From NCBI GenBank assembly GCA_016788665.1, contig JAEUSF010000005.1:13079-77078 (forward strand): 64,000 bases of DNA, in the 5' to 3' direction. The first letter of the stretch is position 1. Each line of letters opens with the position of its first letter. Positions 19,786 to 29,035 of the stretch are shown here, in pieces. This DNA is from Candidatus Doudnabacteria bacterium. GTDB taxonomy: Bacteria > Patescibacteriota > Doudnabacteria > UBA920. The notes under the pieces were generated by a model. The model was not told the origin of the DNA, made no database searches, and was given only the letters and a program-made list of their open reading frames with translations. The translations under genes were made by a program, and so were the position numbers.

Positions 19786-19819
19786 TATGATGGGAGTCTT
19801 CTGGAAGACTCCCATCATA
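19786..19819. repeat. 34-bp perfect palindrome, copy 1 (tatgatgggagtcttc-NN-gaagactcccatcata)
   Basis: Copy 1 of 2: a 34-bp perfect palindrome with 16-bp arms; the second copy is at 26626-26659. Confidence 0.8.
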
Positions 19820-19877
19820 ACGACAAGTAACAAAAAAAAATAAGCGCATTGTCTGGTTTGTTAGACCAACCAAGCAC

Positions 19878-20351
19878 TTAAAATGGAAGAGGTTCGTCCA
19901 AAATCTCTAACAAAGTTTTGGCCTGTTCGTCCTGCCGCGCAGCTAGCGGACAATTTTTCGGGTCGCAGACCAGAAACTGGTGCGCTAAGATTACCGAACC
20001 ACATTTCTCACACACCGCGTCCGTAACGCCCTTAGCCAACTTAGCCACGTAAAGCTGGCGACTAACCGCATCCAGGCCGTCTGCAGCCTGTTTGATTTTG
20101 GCAGCGTCGACAGCAGCTTTCAGCGCCGCAGCAAAACGACCCCAAACATAGGCGCAGACCATGGATCCGGGGCTACTCGCCGCCGGAGTCGGTTTGTCCC
20201 AAAACTTCTCCGTTAGCCTATCAAAGTGCCCCTCACTACTTGAATAAAACTCCTGTAGTAGCTGGAGTAACTCGTGGTCGGGGGGGACCAACCCTTTCAG
20301 CTCCTCAGAATAGTCAACGACCAACTCAATTGCCGACGAAACTTCGCTCAT
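19878..20351 (-). CDS. hypothetical Cys-containing protein (GC-rich island gene)
   Basis: 157 aa. CEKCGSV...CDPKNC. GC is well above background. Confidence 0.5.
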   Translation of the reverse strand: MSEVSSAIELVVDYSEELKGLVPPDHELLQLLQEFYSSSEGHFDRLTEKFWDKPTPAASSPGSMVCAYVWGRFAAALKAAVDAAKIKQAADGLDAVSRQLYVAKLAKGVTDAVCEKCGSVILAHQFLVCDPKNCPLAARQDEQAKTLLEILDEPLPF

Positions 20352-20359
20352 GCATTCTC

Positions 20360-21061
20360 CTATTGCGCTACAATGAGCACTGTTTGGTACTTAAGAAATC
20401 GTACATTAACGCTGGTAAACCCAGCCCAATAAAGCCACTCAAGTTGGTCTTCATAGGGCGCGAGCTGGTTTAAAAACATGTGGTGGTACGCCCACTCCGA
20501 AAGCATTCTCGCACTCGTAGCCTTCTCTACGAGATGGTTGTAGTGACGAGCGGCTTCCAAAGCTGCCCTGTGCCGATCCCGAAAAGTTACCAGGTCGGCA
20601 AAAATGAACACGCCGTTTTCAGGCACAAGCGCCTGGCGGATCTTGGTAAACATCGCCAGCTTACCGACATCGGTCTGGTGATGCAGACCAATAACAGAAG
20701 CAACAATGTTATATTTCCCGGACGAAACACTCATCTTCGAGTAATCCTGGCAAACATATCTGACGTTGCCGCCACCGAACTTTTGCCGAGCACCGTCAAG
20801 CATGTTATTGGAAAAGTCCACCAGGGTGAACACTGACTTCGGCAAAGTTTCCCGAATAATCTGTGTTGTCAAACCCGTGCCGCAGCCCAGGTCCAACACC
20901 GAAAGCGCCGCCTCAGGTTCCCACGTTTCGCATAAAAACTCCTGAATTTCGCCATGAACCTCTGCATGAAACGGAATTGAAACGCGGATCTCCTGCTCGT
21001 ACTGAGCGGTAGTATACCCATGGTAATTCAGTTCCTCCGGAGTTACGTTTGTGGTTCCCAT
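20360..21061 (-). CDS. class I SAM-dependent methyltransferase (CmoA-like architecture)
   Basis: Motif I VLDLGCGTG. The internal start at 21061 has RBS GGAAGGAGG; the track's 21226 extension is unsupported. Confidence 0.75.
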   Translation of the reverse strand: MGTTNVTPEELNYHGYTTAQYEQEIRVSIPFHAEVHGEIQEFLCETWEPEAALSVLDLGCGTGLTTQIIRETLPKSVFTLVDFSNNMLDGARQKFGGGNVRYVCQDYSKMSVSSGKYNIVASVIGLHHQTDVGKLAMFTKIRQALVPENGVFIFADLVTFRDRHRAALEAARHYNHLVEKATSARMLSEWAYHHMFLNQLAPYEDQLEWLYWAGFTSVNVRFLKYQTVLIVAQ

Positions 21062-21195
21062 ACAGTCCTCCTTCCCACAACCTCGGGTCTTTATAGCCCG
21101 AAATGCTCTACATATTACCAAATAAACACACCTCCTGTCTAGGCAAAATAAAAAAGCGTGGACATTTAAACGTTCACGCTCATGCACATAAAGAC

Positions 21196-22101
21196 TTAGT
21201 AAGGCTCGAAGTTTTTCTGCAGCCAAGGAACCGGGTGGTATTCCTGAGTTTTTAGTGCAAGAACAGCCGCCAGCTTTTTAAATGCATAGCGGTGATCTTG
21301 TCCCATAACCAAAACACCACGGGTCCAAGACCTCTTCTGCATAACTTTAAGCAACTTTGCCATAGCGACTTCTGTTCGAAGCCAACTAACCAAACGCTCC
21401 ACCTCTACGAGATATAGCAGCTCCGACAAGTTAGTCGTTTCGTCCATACGCTCCCTAACCAAGGAAGCAAACCTGAACAGCTCCTCATCTTCCACCCCAG
21501 TAACAAACCTTGATGGGTACTCAGTCTTGTATTTGAGCACGGCCTCGACTGGCAACATGCGGAAAAATTCGGTCCTAAACCACTCCCGAATTGCCATATT
21601 GCCGTCCTCATACAAACCTGCCAAGCGAAGGCTTTGAAAATTCTCCTCTTGCAACGAAGCGTAATTAACATCTTCGCTCCAAGAGCCTTCCTTTCCCACC
21701 ACCTGGTAATGCCTTTCCGCCAAGAATTTGAAAATGCTTCCTTGACAAACCCTTACGTCTGACATGAAAGCCTCGTCGTTTTCCAAAGACTTACGCCAAT
21801 GGATCATGGAAACCAGGTCGAGCTCCTTGTCTTTCGCCAAGGACGGTAACTCCTGCAGCAGTTCTTCGTACTCTCGCAACCTCCCTTTCAACGGGGCAAC
21901 TAACGTTATATAGTCTATGTGTTGCTGAAGTTCTTCCAGGTGAACCTTAAGCTCGCTCAAGGTTCGAAACTGAAGCCGGTTGTTTTTGACAACCGGCAAA
22001 GAGTAATCCATATACCATTTGTGAAACTGGTACGCCTGGTAGCCCGCGAAGCCGCCCAGAATGGCAAGCACTAGCACCCCAAACCAAACCTTCTTATTCA
22101 T
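21196..22101 (-). CDS. hypothetical N-terminally membrane-anchored protein
   Basis: MNKKVWFGVLVLAILGG TM helix. The ATG at 22101 has RBS GGGGGA. Its own terminator lies at about 21150-21185. Confidence 0.5.
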   Translation of the reverse strand: MNKKVWFGVLVLAILGGFAGYQAYQFHKWYMDYSLPVVKNNRLQFRTLSELKVHLEELQQHIDYITLVAPLKGRLREYEELLQELPSLAKDKELDLVSMIHWRKSLENDEAFMSDVRVCQGSIFKFLAERHYQVVGKEGSWSEDVNYASLQEENFQSLRLAGLYEDGNMAIREWFRTEFFRMLPVEAVLKYKTEYPSRFVTGVEDEELFRFASLVRERMDETTNLSELLYLVEVERLVSWLRTEVAMAKLLKVMQKRSWTRGVLVMGQDHRYAFKKLAAVLALKTQEYHPVPWLQKNFEPY

Positions 22102-22252
22102 GACGTCCCCCAATTTGAAATTCGAACTGCCTATTATATAATAAAAACTACCACTAGTCTATGGCAACTTGCCTTTACCTTATACACAAATTTTGCGTTC
22201 CTTAAACGGATCAAATACTATATACTAACTACTAACCCCTAATAAAAACTCT

Positions 22253-22552
22253 ATGGACTACGGATTTGACGCATTTTTAAACTCAATAAAATATTTAGAC
22301 AAAGAAGATATTGTAGCCACGGCGAAAAAAAAGATCAGGCTTTTAGACAAGCCTTCCACGCTTTACAGTTTAGACTACAAAGCCGGGCTAAAAAACAGTT
22401 TAGAGGGTTTACTGTTTTGGCTAGAAAAAAACCAGCGCCCAACAAACATTAGCGACGCCAGCTTTCAAAAATTTTACGATATTTGCAAAAACCTTGTTCG
22501 TAAAGAACAGTTAGAAAAAAGTTCTTTAGACCTTTTTACGAAAGAAGAGTAG
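22253..22552 (+). CDS. hypothetical protein
   Basis: 99-aa ORF. Confidence 0.35.
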   Translation: MDYGFDAFLNSIKYLDKEDIVATAKKKIRLLDKPSTLYSLDYKAGLKNSLEGLLFWLEKNQRPTNISDASFQKFYDICKNLVRKEQLEKSSLDLFTKEE

Positions 22553-23783
22553 CGGCATTTTCTCCGGCTAAATACCCGGTCGTCCAACATATCTGCAAAG
22601 AAAAGCCGCCGGAAGGCCTGTCAAAGTCCAAAATGTCGCCTGCCAAATAAAGGTTTGAAAAAACTTTGGAGCGCATAGTTTTAAAATCCACCTCTTTTAA
22701 ACTGACTCCGCCCGAAGTTATAATTGCTTTTTCAACACCCAAAAAACCTTCCACCGTCATAGGAAGCGTTTTTATTTTTTTTGCTAACAAAGATCTTTCC
22801 TGTTTAGTTAAAGAATTGGCTTCTTTTTCAGAATCAATGCCCGCCAGCTCAAGCAAAGGCAATATAAATTTAGGAGCAACTATTTCCCCTAGCATATTCC
22901 TAAGCTTTTTATTTAAAGAGTTATTAACACTCTCTAAAATTTTCCGGTCCAAAGAAAAAATATCTAACAGTGGAAACAAATCTAATTCTAAAGTTACAGG
23001 TCCGTATTTAAAAAGCTCTGCTATGCTTTTGCTCATATTTAAAACCAACGGTCCGCTTATACCAAAATGGGTAAAAAGCATTTTACCAACCCTACTTTCC
23101 TGTTTTTTATTGTCCTGAAAAATGGTCAGCCCCACTTCTTTTAAGTTTAAACCCTGAAGCTCTTTTACCCATTTGTCTTTTATTTTAACCGGAACCAATG
23201 CTGGGTCCGACTCTTTTACTGTATGTCCTGCTTTTTTTAAGTATTCCAGCATTTCCCCACTCGAACCAGTTTCCGGACGAGACTTACCACCAGTGGTAAT
23301 AATATAGCTTTTTGCCTGAAAAGTTTTACCTTTTACTACCACTCCTTCAATTTTTCCGTCTCGAACCAAAACTTTAGAAACCGGAGATTTATAAAACACT
23401 TCGGTCCTCCCCAAATATTTAAGCAAAACTTTTAGAACGTCTTGCGCTTTGTTGCTTACCGGAAAGGCTCTTTTTTCTGCTTCTATTTTTAAAGGCAAAT
23501 TTTTGTTGACGAAAAACTCCATAGTTTGCTCAACGCCAAAACGCGCAAAAGCACCAAAGAGAGCTTTACCTTTGGGTCCATATTTACTCACCATTTTTCT
23601 TACGTCTAACTCAGCATTAGTTATATTGCAGCGGCCGCCTCCAGTTATAGAAAGTTTTTCACCAGCTCTGACATTTTTTTCTATAAGTACAACTTTTGCA
23701 CCAAGTTCATTAGCGCGGCCAGCGGCTATAAGCCCGGCTGGTCCTGCGCCAATTACCGCCACATCGTATAAAGTATTATTCAT
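22536..23783 (-). CDS. NAD(P)/FAD-dependent oxidoreductase (HI0933/BaiN-like flavoprotein)
   Basis: N-terminal YDVAVIGAGPAGLIAA Rossmann motif and GGGRCNITN. Confidence 0.8.
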   Translation of the reverse strand: MNNTLYDVAVIGAGPAGLIAAGRANELGAKVVLIEKNVRAGEKLSITGGGRCNITNAELDVRKMVSKYGPKGKALFGAFARFGVEQTMEFFVNKNLPLKIEAEKRAFPVSNKAQDVLKVLLKYLGRTEVFYKSPVSKVLVRDGKIEGVVVKGKTFQAKSYIITTGGKSRPETGSSGEMLEYLKKAGHTVKESDPALVPVKIKDKWVKELQGLNLKEVGLTIFQDNKKQESRVGKMLFTHFGISGPLVLNMSKSIAELFKYGPVTLELDLFPLLDIFSLDRKILESVNNSLNKKLRNMLGEIVAPKFILPLLELAGIDSEKEANSLTKQERSLLAKKIKTLPMTVEGFLGVEKAIITSGGVSLKEVDFKTMRSKVFSNLYLAGDILDFDRPSGGFSLQICWTTGYLAGENAATLLS

Positions 23784-24348
23784 TGGTAATTTCTTTTATA
23801 AGCTCGTTTACCCCTATCTTCTTTTCCGCAGAGTAAGGAATAATTGGAGTCGAGCCGACCTGTTTCTGAATTTTGTCCAGCTGTTTTTGCAAAGCAGACT
23901 TTTTTATTTTGTCTATTTTATTTGCAACTATGACTATATTTTTATTGTTCTCTGTTAGCTGTCTTATGGTGTCTAGGTCGTAGTCACTGGGCCCTATTTC
24001 TGCATCTATTATTAATACTATTTTTCTTTGATCAACTCCCGAAAAAAGCAAATACCAATATATCATTTTTTGTATGGCCTGCCTTTCCTCTAAAGAGGCC
24101 TTAGCAAAACCATAACCCGGCAAGTCAACCAGGTAAAAACTGTTATTAATAAGAAAGAAGTTCACCGTACGAGTTCGTCCTGGAGTCGGACTAGTACGAG
24201 CTAAATTCTTTATGTTAACAAGGGTATTTATAACACTAGACTTCCCAACGTTAGAGCGGCCAATAAAGGCCACTTGGGGAATACCGTCCCCTAAAATTTC
24301 GTCTGGTCCTGCAATACTCTTAACAAACACTGCCGATTTTATATTCAT
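23776..24348 (-). CDS. engB: ribosome biogenesis GTP-binding protein YsxC/EngB
   Basis: G1 GRSNVGKSS, G3 DLPGYG, G4 NKID. Confidence 0.85.
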   Translation of the reverse strand: MNIKSAVFVKSIAGPDEILGDGIPQVAFIGRSNVGKSSVINTLVNIKNLARTSPTPGRTRTVNFFLINNSFYLVDLPGYGFAKASLEERQAIQKMIYWYLLFSGVDQRKIVLIIDAEIGPSDYDLDTIRQLTENNKNIVIVANKIDKIKKSALQKQLDKIQKQVGSTPIIPYSAEKKIGVNELIKEITNE

Positions 24349-24484
24349 ATAATATGGTTAGTTAAAGGAAGTATAACAAAAAATACCTATACAAGACAGG
24401 TATTTTTATATAATTTCATACACACAACCTTCTTTAAGGTGATTGTATAAAAATTCTACTTTTAAACATACGCGACTAAAGTCT

Positions 24485-24853
24485 TTACATTCCCACCTCT
24501 ACCTTAAAGCCAGCGTAAGCAAAGCGATTCATGTCAAAAGGCATGTCCATATTGTCACCATATTTTTTTTGAAAAAACGCCATAACTTTTTTGTTTACTT
24601 CGTCGCGGTGCTTTTTAGACTTAAAAGTAATAAACGAAAACCAAACTGTCTCGCTAGGTTTTGTTTGCGCCATTTTTGCAAAGGTAAAATTTACAAACTT
24701 TGGTTTGGCGTCTTCTATTTTACATTCTTTATAGTCGAGCGCACCAAACTTAGTCCATACTTCCAGTGCTTCTTTGGCTATTTGCTTGTATTTTGCCGTG
24801 CTCTTTTTTGGTATGGAAATAACAAACCCGTCTACATATGTTCCTTTTTTCAT
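24485..24853 (-). CDS. DUF1428 family protein
   Basis: 122 aa. MKKGTYVDGFVISIPKK... fits the DUF1428 pattern. Confidence 0.7.
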   Translation of the reverse strand: MKKGTYVDGFVISIPKKSTAKYKQIAKEALEVWTKFGALDYKECKIEDAKPKFVNFTFAKMAQTKPSETVWFSFITFKSKKHRDEVNKKVMAFFQKKYGDNMDMPFDMNRFAYAGFKVEVGM

Positions 24854-24870
24854 ATATTTATTTTAAATAA

Positions 24871-25299
24871 TTATTTACCTGAATAATACTCAACTATCCA
24901 CTCAATGCCGTACTTGTCTCTAAACATACCGGCATAACTTCCCCAAGGGCCTTCGCCCAAGGGGCCTTCTTCTTGCCCGCCAGCCGAAAGACCGGCAAAC
25001 AACCTTTCTGCTTCTTCTTTACTCTCTGTGCTAACAGAAATTTTACTTCTGTTTTCCTGCTCATTTACTTTTCCCAAAACTTCTGGCACGTCGTTTCCCA
25101 TAAGCATGTTATTTGCACCCATAGGCAAAGTAATAAGCATTATCTTGTTTTTCTCATTTTCCGGCACAGGAAACTCGGCGCTTTCCAAGTCTTTAAAGCG
25201 AACTACTTTTCCAAATTCTCCCCCAAACACAGACTTATAAAAGTTAAAGGCTTCTTCCGCATTGCCATTAAAATTTACCCAAGGGTTAATAGATTTCAT
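24871..25299 (-). CDS. VOC/glyoxalase-like (PhnB-like) protein
   Basis: 142 aa. N-terminal VNFNGNAEEAFNFYKSVFGGEF. Confidence 0.75.
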   Translation of the reverse strand: MKSINPWVNFNGNAEEAFNFYKSVFGGEFGKVVRFKDLESAEFPVPENEKNKIMLITLPMGANNMLMGNDVPEVLGKVNEQENRSKISVSTESKEEAERLFAGLSAGGQEEGPLGEGPWGSYAGMFRDKYGIEWIVEYYSGK

Positions 25300-25314
25300 A
25301 TTTTACCTATTTCG

Positions 25315-25339
25315 TCTAAATAATTATTTATATATTATA
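25315..25339. repeat. 25-bp direct repeat tctaaataattatttatatattata, copy 1
   Basis: Copy 1 of 2: identical 25-mer; the second copy is at 26670-26694. Flanking similarity extends to about 40 bp. It carries TATAAT on the minus strand upstream of the VOC gene. Confidence 0.75.
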
Positions 25340-25416
25340 CAGACTAAATATAAAAATAAAAAGCGTAAATCCCCGTATGTATATAAGGACCTACGCTAAG
25401 TGCAAATTTACTCTTA

Positions 25417-25860
25417 CTATGTAGAAATGTTATTGCGGTACGCACTACGCACAGCTTCCAGAATCTTGTGAGCCTCCGCTGTCTTGACTGGGCAAAGCCG
25501 CGCTACCGGAAGATTGACGCCGTTTTGGATCCATTTAAACACCTCGTCGTCTACGAAGGATATCTTATAACGACCCCTGTAGCCTGCCATGCTGAAGTCA
25601 ATAGTTTCGCACCTCACCTGACGGCCATCGACATCGAAAAAAGACATCAGGTAAAAAATACTAACCCGGGTATTTGTAAACCTGGTCCTTTCACCACCTT
25701 TCCACTCCTGGTGACGGGCGTAGTTACCCAAATCTGAGTTAGGACGCAAGCCCTCCTCCAAAGCCTCGAGAACCAAGCTTAAGGTCAGACCCACGCCTTT
25801 AAGCAGATACATCAAAATTAACCAGGCCGCGCCCAACATTACCCAATGTTTCCAATCCAT
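25417..25860 (-). CDS. hypothetical membrane-anchored protein (GC-rich outlier)
   Basis: 147 aa with an N-terminal TM. A perfect palindromic terminator follows at 25950-25985. Confidence 0.5.
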   Translation of the reverse strand: MDWKHWVMLGAAWLILMYLLKGVGLTLSLVLEALEEGLRPNSDLGNYARHQEWKGGERTRFTNTRVSIFYLMSFFDVDGRQVRCETIDFSMAGYRGRYKISFVDDEVFKWIQNGVNLPVARLCPVKTAEAHKILEAVRSAYRNNIST

Positions 25861-25999
25861 CTCTCTCCTCCTGTACGTTCCAACCGACTCCGTATTCTAC
25901 AAAAAACCAGCAAAAAAGTCGAGGGTCAAAATATTTTTTCACAAACAAAAATGACCATTGCGCAGTGCAATGGTCATTTTTGTTTTCTATATATATAAA

Positions 26000-26455
26000 T
26001 TATTTTTCAGCGAGCTCTTTTAGTTTTTGCAAACCTTGGGGCCACATTTTGCTAAATTCTTCTGCCATTACTTCGGCTGAATCCATATCTACTGTTACGG
26101 TTGTAACCCCATCTTTTTCAGAGAAAGTATAATTTTCAAAAGAGGGTGTCCACTTCTTTGCTTCTTCACTAGTCGTATCTTCTATGCCTTCGTTCATTAT
26201 TCCGACATGCTCTATAGACAAAAATTCATAAGGCTTATTTTCCGCGACTCGACTGACCATACCGCCTTCTTTTCCGGTTTTAGGATCCGTGCCCACAAAT
26301 AACATTTTAGAGCCCTGGCTCCAATCCCCTTTAAAATAACTTCCCGAAGGATTAAAAACCAAAGTCCACTCTCTATAAGTCTGGTCCGCCAGCATAGTAT
26401 CCCAAACTTTTTCTTTTGACGCATTTATTTCAACAATAAAATGTAGTTTTTGCAT
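26000..26455 (-). CDS. SRPBCC (AHSA1-like) family protein
   Basis: 151 aa. Pattern typical of Activator of Hsp90 ATPase homolog 1-like proteins. Confidence 0.65.
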   Translation of the reverse strand: MQKLHFIVEINASKEKVWDTMLADQTYREWTLVFNPSGSYFKGDWSQGSKMLFVGTDPKTGKEGGMVSRVAENKPYEFLSIEHVGIMNEGIEDTTSEEAKKWTPSFENYTFSEKDGVTTVTVDMDSAEVMAEEFSKMWPQGLQKLKELAEK

Positions 26456-26625
26456 ATGTATAAAATTAATAATACTAAAAAGGTATTATACCATTCCACG
26501 TAACCAGCTACCAACAAACAAAAAACACCTGCTTGTAAAAGATGGTTTTTTTGGCTCCCGCGCTTAGCGCGGGTATAGCCACGCTGAGCACGGCTCCACC
26601 TTGCGAAAAGAATTTGAAACGCACT

Positions 26626-26659
26626 TATGATGGGAGTCTTCCAGAAGACTCCCATCATA
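26626..26659. repeat. 34-bp palindrome, copy 2
   Basis: Identical to 19786-19819 except the central dinucleotide (ca vs tg). Confidence 0.8.
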
Positions 26660-26669
26660 TACTAATTCT

Positions 26670-26694
26670 TCTAAATAATTATTTATATATTATA
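26670..26694. repeat. 25-bp direct repeat, copy 2
   Basis: Copy 2 of 2: identical to the 25-mer at 25315-25339. Confidence 0.75.
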
Positions 26695-26798
26695 AATACT
26701 AAACAAAAAAACCACCATAAAAGCGTTGAGTGGTGGTTTTTAAAAATAATAATTAAATAATAGGTTATGTGCAGATTTCATTCTCTACTGTCCCCCGG

Positions 26799-27545
26799 CT
26801 ACCTAAGCAACATAGGAAAAAGGAAAAGAATAACTATGTCAGCTGTAAAATGCGTAGCCATACTGAATTCTAAACCTTTTTTCCAGTACAGCCAGCCAAA
26901 AACCAAGCCTCCTATACCATTTAATAAAATAGCTCTTACTACCACAAGAGGTGTTATGGTAGTTAACGCTGCGGTTATTGGCAAATGACCTAGCCCAAAT
27001 AACACCGAAGAAAGAATAATTGCCGACCACATAATTATATTATTTTTAACAGGCTCTACTATATGAATAATTTTTGCCAATACCCACACAAGCAGTGACA
27101 GGCAAAATAAGCGTAAAAGTATTTCCTCTACCACTCCACCATAAAGGGAAGCGAGTAAAGTTTTCCAGGCGGCAATTTTGCTATTTGCCACAGTAAGCTC
27201 TGGCAGGAACCGCCCGAACACTCTGTCGCCGACTATAATTAAAACTCCGGTTAGGGTTCCCAAAAAAGCTGTCAGTTTTATAAACCCTGGAAGTTTTTGT
27301 TTTATAGGTTTGCCTGAGCTAAAAAATGTAAATATAGGCAGCCCTACGCGCTGCGACAGTTTTAAACCAAAAAATATAGCAAAGGTTAAAAGCACTCCGG
27401 TTTGAGCAAGAGAAGCCAAAACTATTACCCATAACGGCTGACCGGTCTTCGCTATAACTTCACGCTGCAAAGTAAATGCATAAGGCAACACTGAGGCCGC
27501 GCCAACCAGGCCTATAAACCACAAAACCAAAAACTTATTTTTCAT
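26799..27545 (-). CDS. CPBP family intramembrane metalloprotease (CAAX protease-like)
   Basis: EEILLRLF and FGLGH motifs. The internal start MKNKFLVLWF at 27545 is preferred over the track's 27614. Confidence 0.75.
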   Translation of the reverse strand: MKNKFLVLWFIGLVGAASVLPYAFTLQREVIAKTGQPLWVIVLASLAQTGVLLTFAIFFGLKLSQRVGLPIFTFFSSGKPIKQKLPGFIKLTAFLGTLTGVLIIVGDRVFGRFLPELTVANSKIAAWKTLLASLYGGVVEEILLRLFCLSLLVWVLAKIIHIVEPVKNNIIMWSAIILSSVLFGLGHLPITAALTTITPLVVVRAILLNGIGGLVFGWLYWKKGLEFSMATHFTADIVILFLFPMLLR

Positions 27546-27666
27546 ACAGATATATAAATAATAAATATATGTAGTATAATCCTTTTTCGTAAAAGAGAAC
27601 TGGTATAAAGCCATTCATCTTATTCCATTTAAATTCGCCTGAAGGTTTAAATTTTCAAAATTTACA

Positions 27667-27963
27667 TTATAATTTAAAACTTAATTTACTTTTCTTCATT
27701 GCTGTTCTTAAAAGTTTTATGCCAGTAGGTCCCATACCATGCAAAGCTGAAAGTTCTTTTTCCGACCATTTTTCTAACTGGCTTAATTTTTTTATTTTAG
27801 CATTTAAAAGCGCACGCAAGGCTGGGCCTGCAAGTTTTTTGGGAAAATCACTCTGCGCACGAGTTTTGTAATACCCTTGCCAACACATAGGGCATACCGG
27901 ACAATCGCTACTTTTTTGAAACTTATGTCCACGACTGCAAATTTTCCAAGTTATTGTTTTCAT
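27667..27963 (-). CDS. hypothetical zinc-ribbon/HhH small protein
   Basis: CPVCPMC plus a helix-hairpin-helix-like LHGMGPTGIKLL. Confidence 0.4.
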   Translation of the reverse strand: MKTITWKICSRGHKFQKSSDCPVCPMCWQGYYKTRAQSDFPKKLAGPALRALLNAKIKKLSQLEKWSEKELSALHGMGPTGIKLLRTAMKKSKLSFKL

Positions 27964-28070
27964 ATATATAAAACCTAATAAAATATACTAATTAAAAACA
28001 GATATTTTAAATAAATAAAGAGTCATGTCTCCGCTTCATTCACTATATAGATGAAATTAAATACAATTAT

Positions 28071-28619
28071 TTAAATAGAGTATTGTAAAATAACTCCACC
28101 TGTTTTTAGTGACTGTGCATTAAGCAATTTTAGTTTTTGGTAAAGCAAACCTTCATTAAAAAGGCGCCTGCCCTTGCCTAAAAAAACCGGAGCAACACAA
28201 AGGTGGTATTCGTCAAATACGTTCGCCTTCATAAGAGATTCCGAGAGGACACCGCTTCCAAAGACAAACATATTCCCATCGCCTTCCTGTTTCAAACTAG
28301 ATACCTCGGCAACTGCGTTTTTTACTATTGTTGTATTATTCCAGTCTGCGGCTGTAAGCGTAGAGGAGCAGACAATTTTTGGTAGAGTGTTCATAAATTT
28401 TGCCACTTCACCCTCTTCTTTGGCCTTAGTCCAATAGTCAGCCATTCCTTTATAGGTTTTATGCCCAAACACAAGCATTTCAGCTGATCTTAACTGCTTT
28501 AGACTATAATTTTCAAGTTCTTCTCCCCAAACAAGCTTATGAAAATTTAGGTCCCACGCCTGCTCGCCTTCAAAGTACCCATCCAATGTGACCACATTCC
28601 ACATAATAAGTTTTCTCAT
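28071..28619 (-). CDS. dihydrofolate reductase family protein (RibD C-terminal domain-like)
   Basis: 182 aa. MRKLIMWNVVTLDGYFEG...VFGSG. Confidence 0.75.
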   Translation of the reverse strand: MRKLIMWNVVTLDGYFEGEQAWDLNFHKLVWGEELENYSLKQLRSAEMLVFGHKTYKGMADYWTKAKEEGEVAKFMNTLPKIVCSSTLTAADWNNTTIVKNAVAEVSSLKQEGDGNMFVFGSGVLSESLMKANVFDEYHLCVAPVFLGKGRRLFNEGLLYQKLKLLNAQSLKTGGVILQYSI

Positions 28620-28960
28620 AAATTTTTGAATAAAAATATTGCTATAAAGGAAATGGGGACATAGCCCATAAATTTAAAATTGTTGCTAAAAAGGTGTCGG
28701 AAACCTTCTACTTACCAGTTATATATAAACCAATTATACCACTTCTCATTACACAAGTATCCGCCCTTGCACAAAATGGTATTTATTTGTTAGAATATCT
28801 TAAGTTGAAAGCTTATCCCAGTACTAGTAAGCGGTACGGGACTGACTTTCGGGACCTGCCCGCCATCACTTACGGCTCAGGCGTTGGCAGGCGGGGTAGC
28901 TCAACGGAATTTGTTGAATTACTAACTTGAATAGATGTTAGATTCTGTAAAGCAGTTTAT

Positions 28961-29035
28961 TCGGGAGTAGCTCAGCGGTAGAGCAATCGGCTGTTAACCG
29001 ATGGGTCCTGGGTTCGAATCCCAGCTCCCGAGCCA
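28961..29035 (+). tRNA. tRNA-Asn (GTT)
   Basis: Cloverleaf folded by hand: acceptor tcgggag/ctcccga, anticodon loop ctGTTaa, T-arm ctggg-ttcgaat-cccag, CCA end. Confidence 0.85.

Noticed and set aside
19786-19819. The 34-bp palindromes as rho-independent terminators
   Set aside because: Neither copy is followed by a T-run on either strand.
19630-19833. Track ORFs 19630..19833(-) and 26425..26658(-) sharing MMGVF(Q/W)KTPII
   Set aside because: The shared peptide is simply the translation of the 34-bp palindromic repeat. Both ORFs lie in intergenic repeat DNA and are artefacts.
24864-24877. Third partial copy (taaataattattta) of the 25-bp repeat
   Set aside because: Only 14 bp match. It overlaps the stop codon of the VOC gene in AT-rich DNA, so it is most likely chance.
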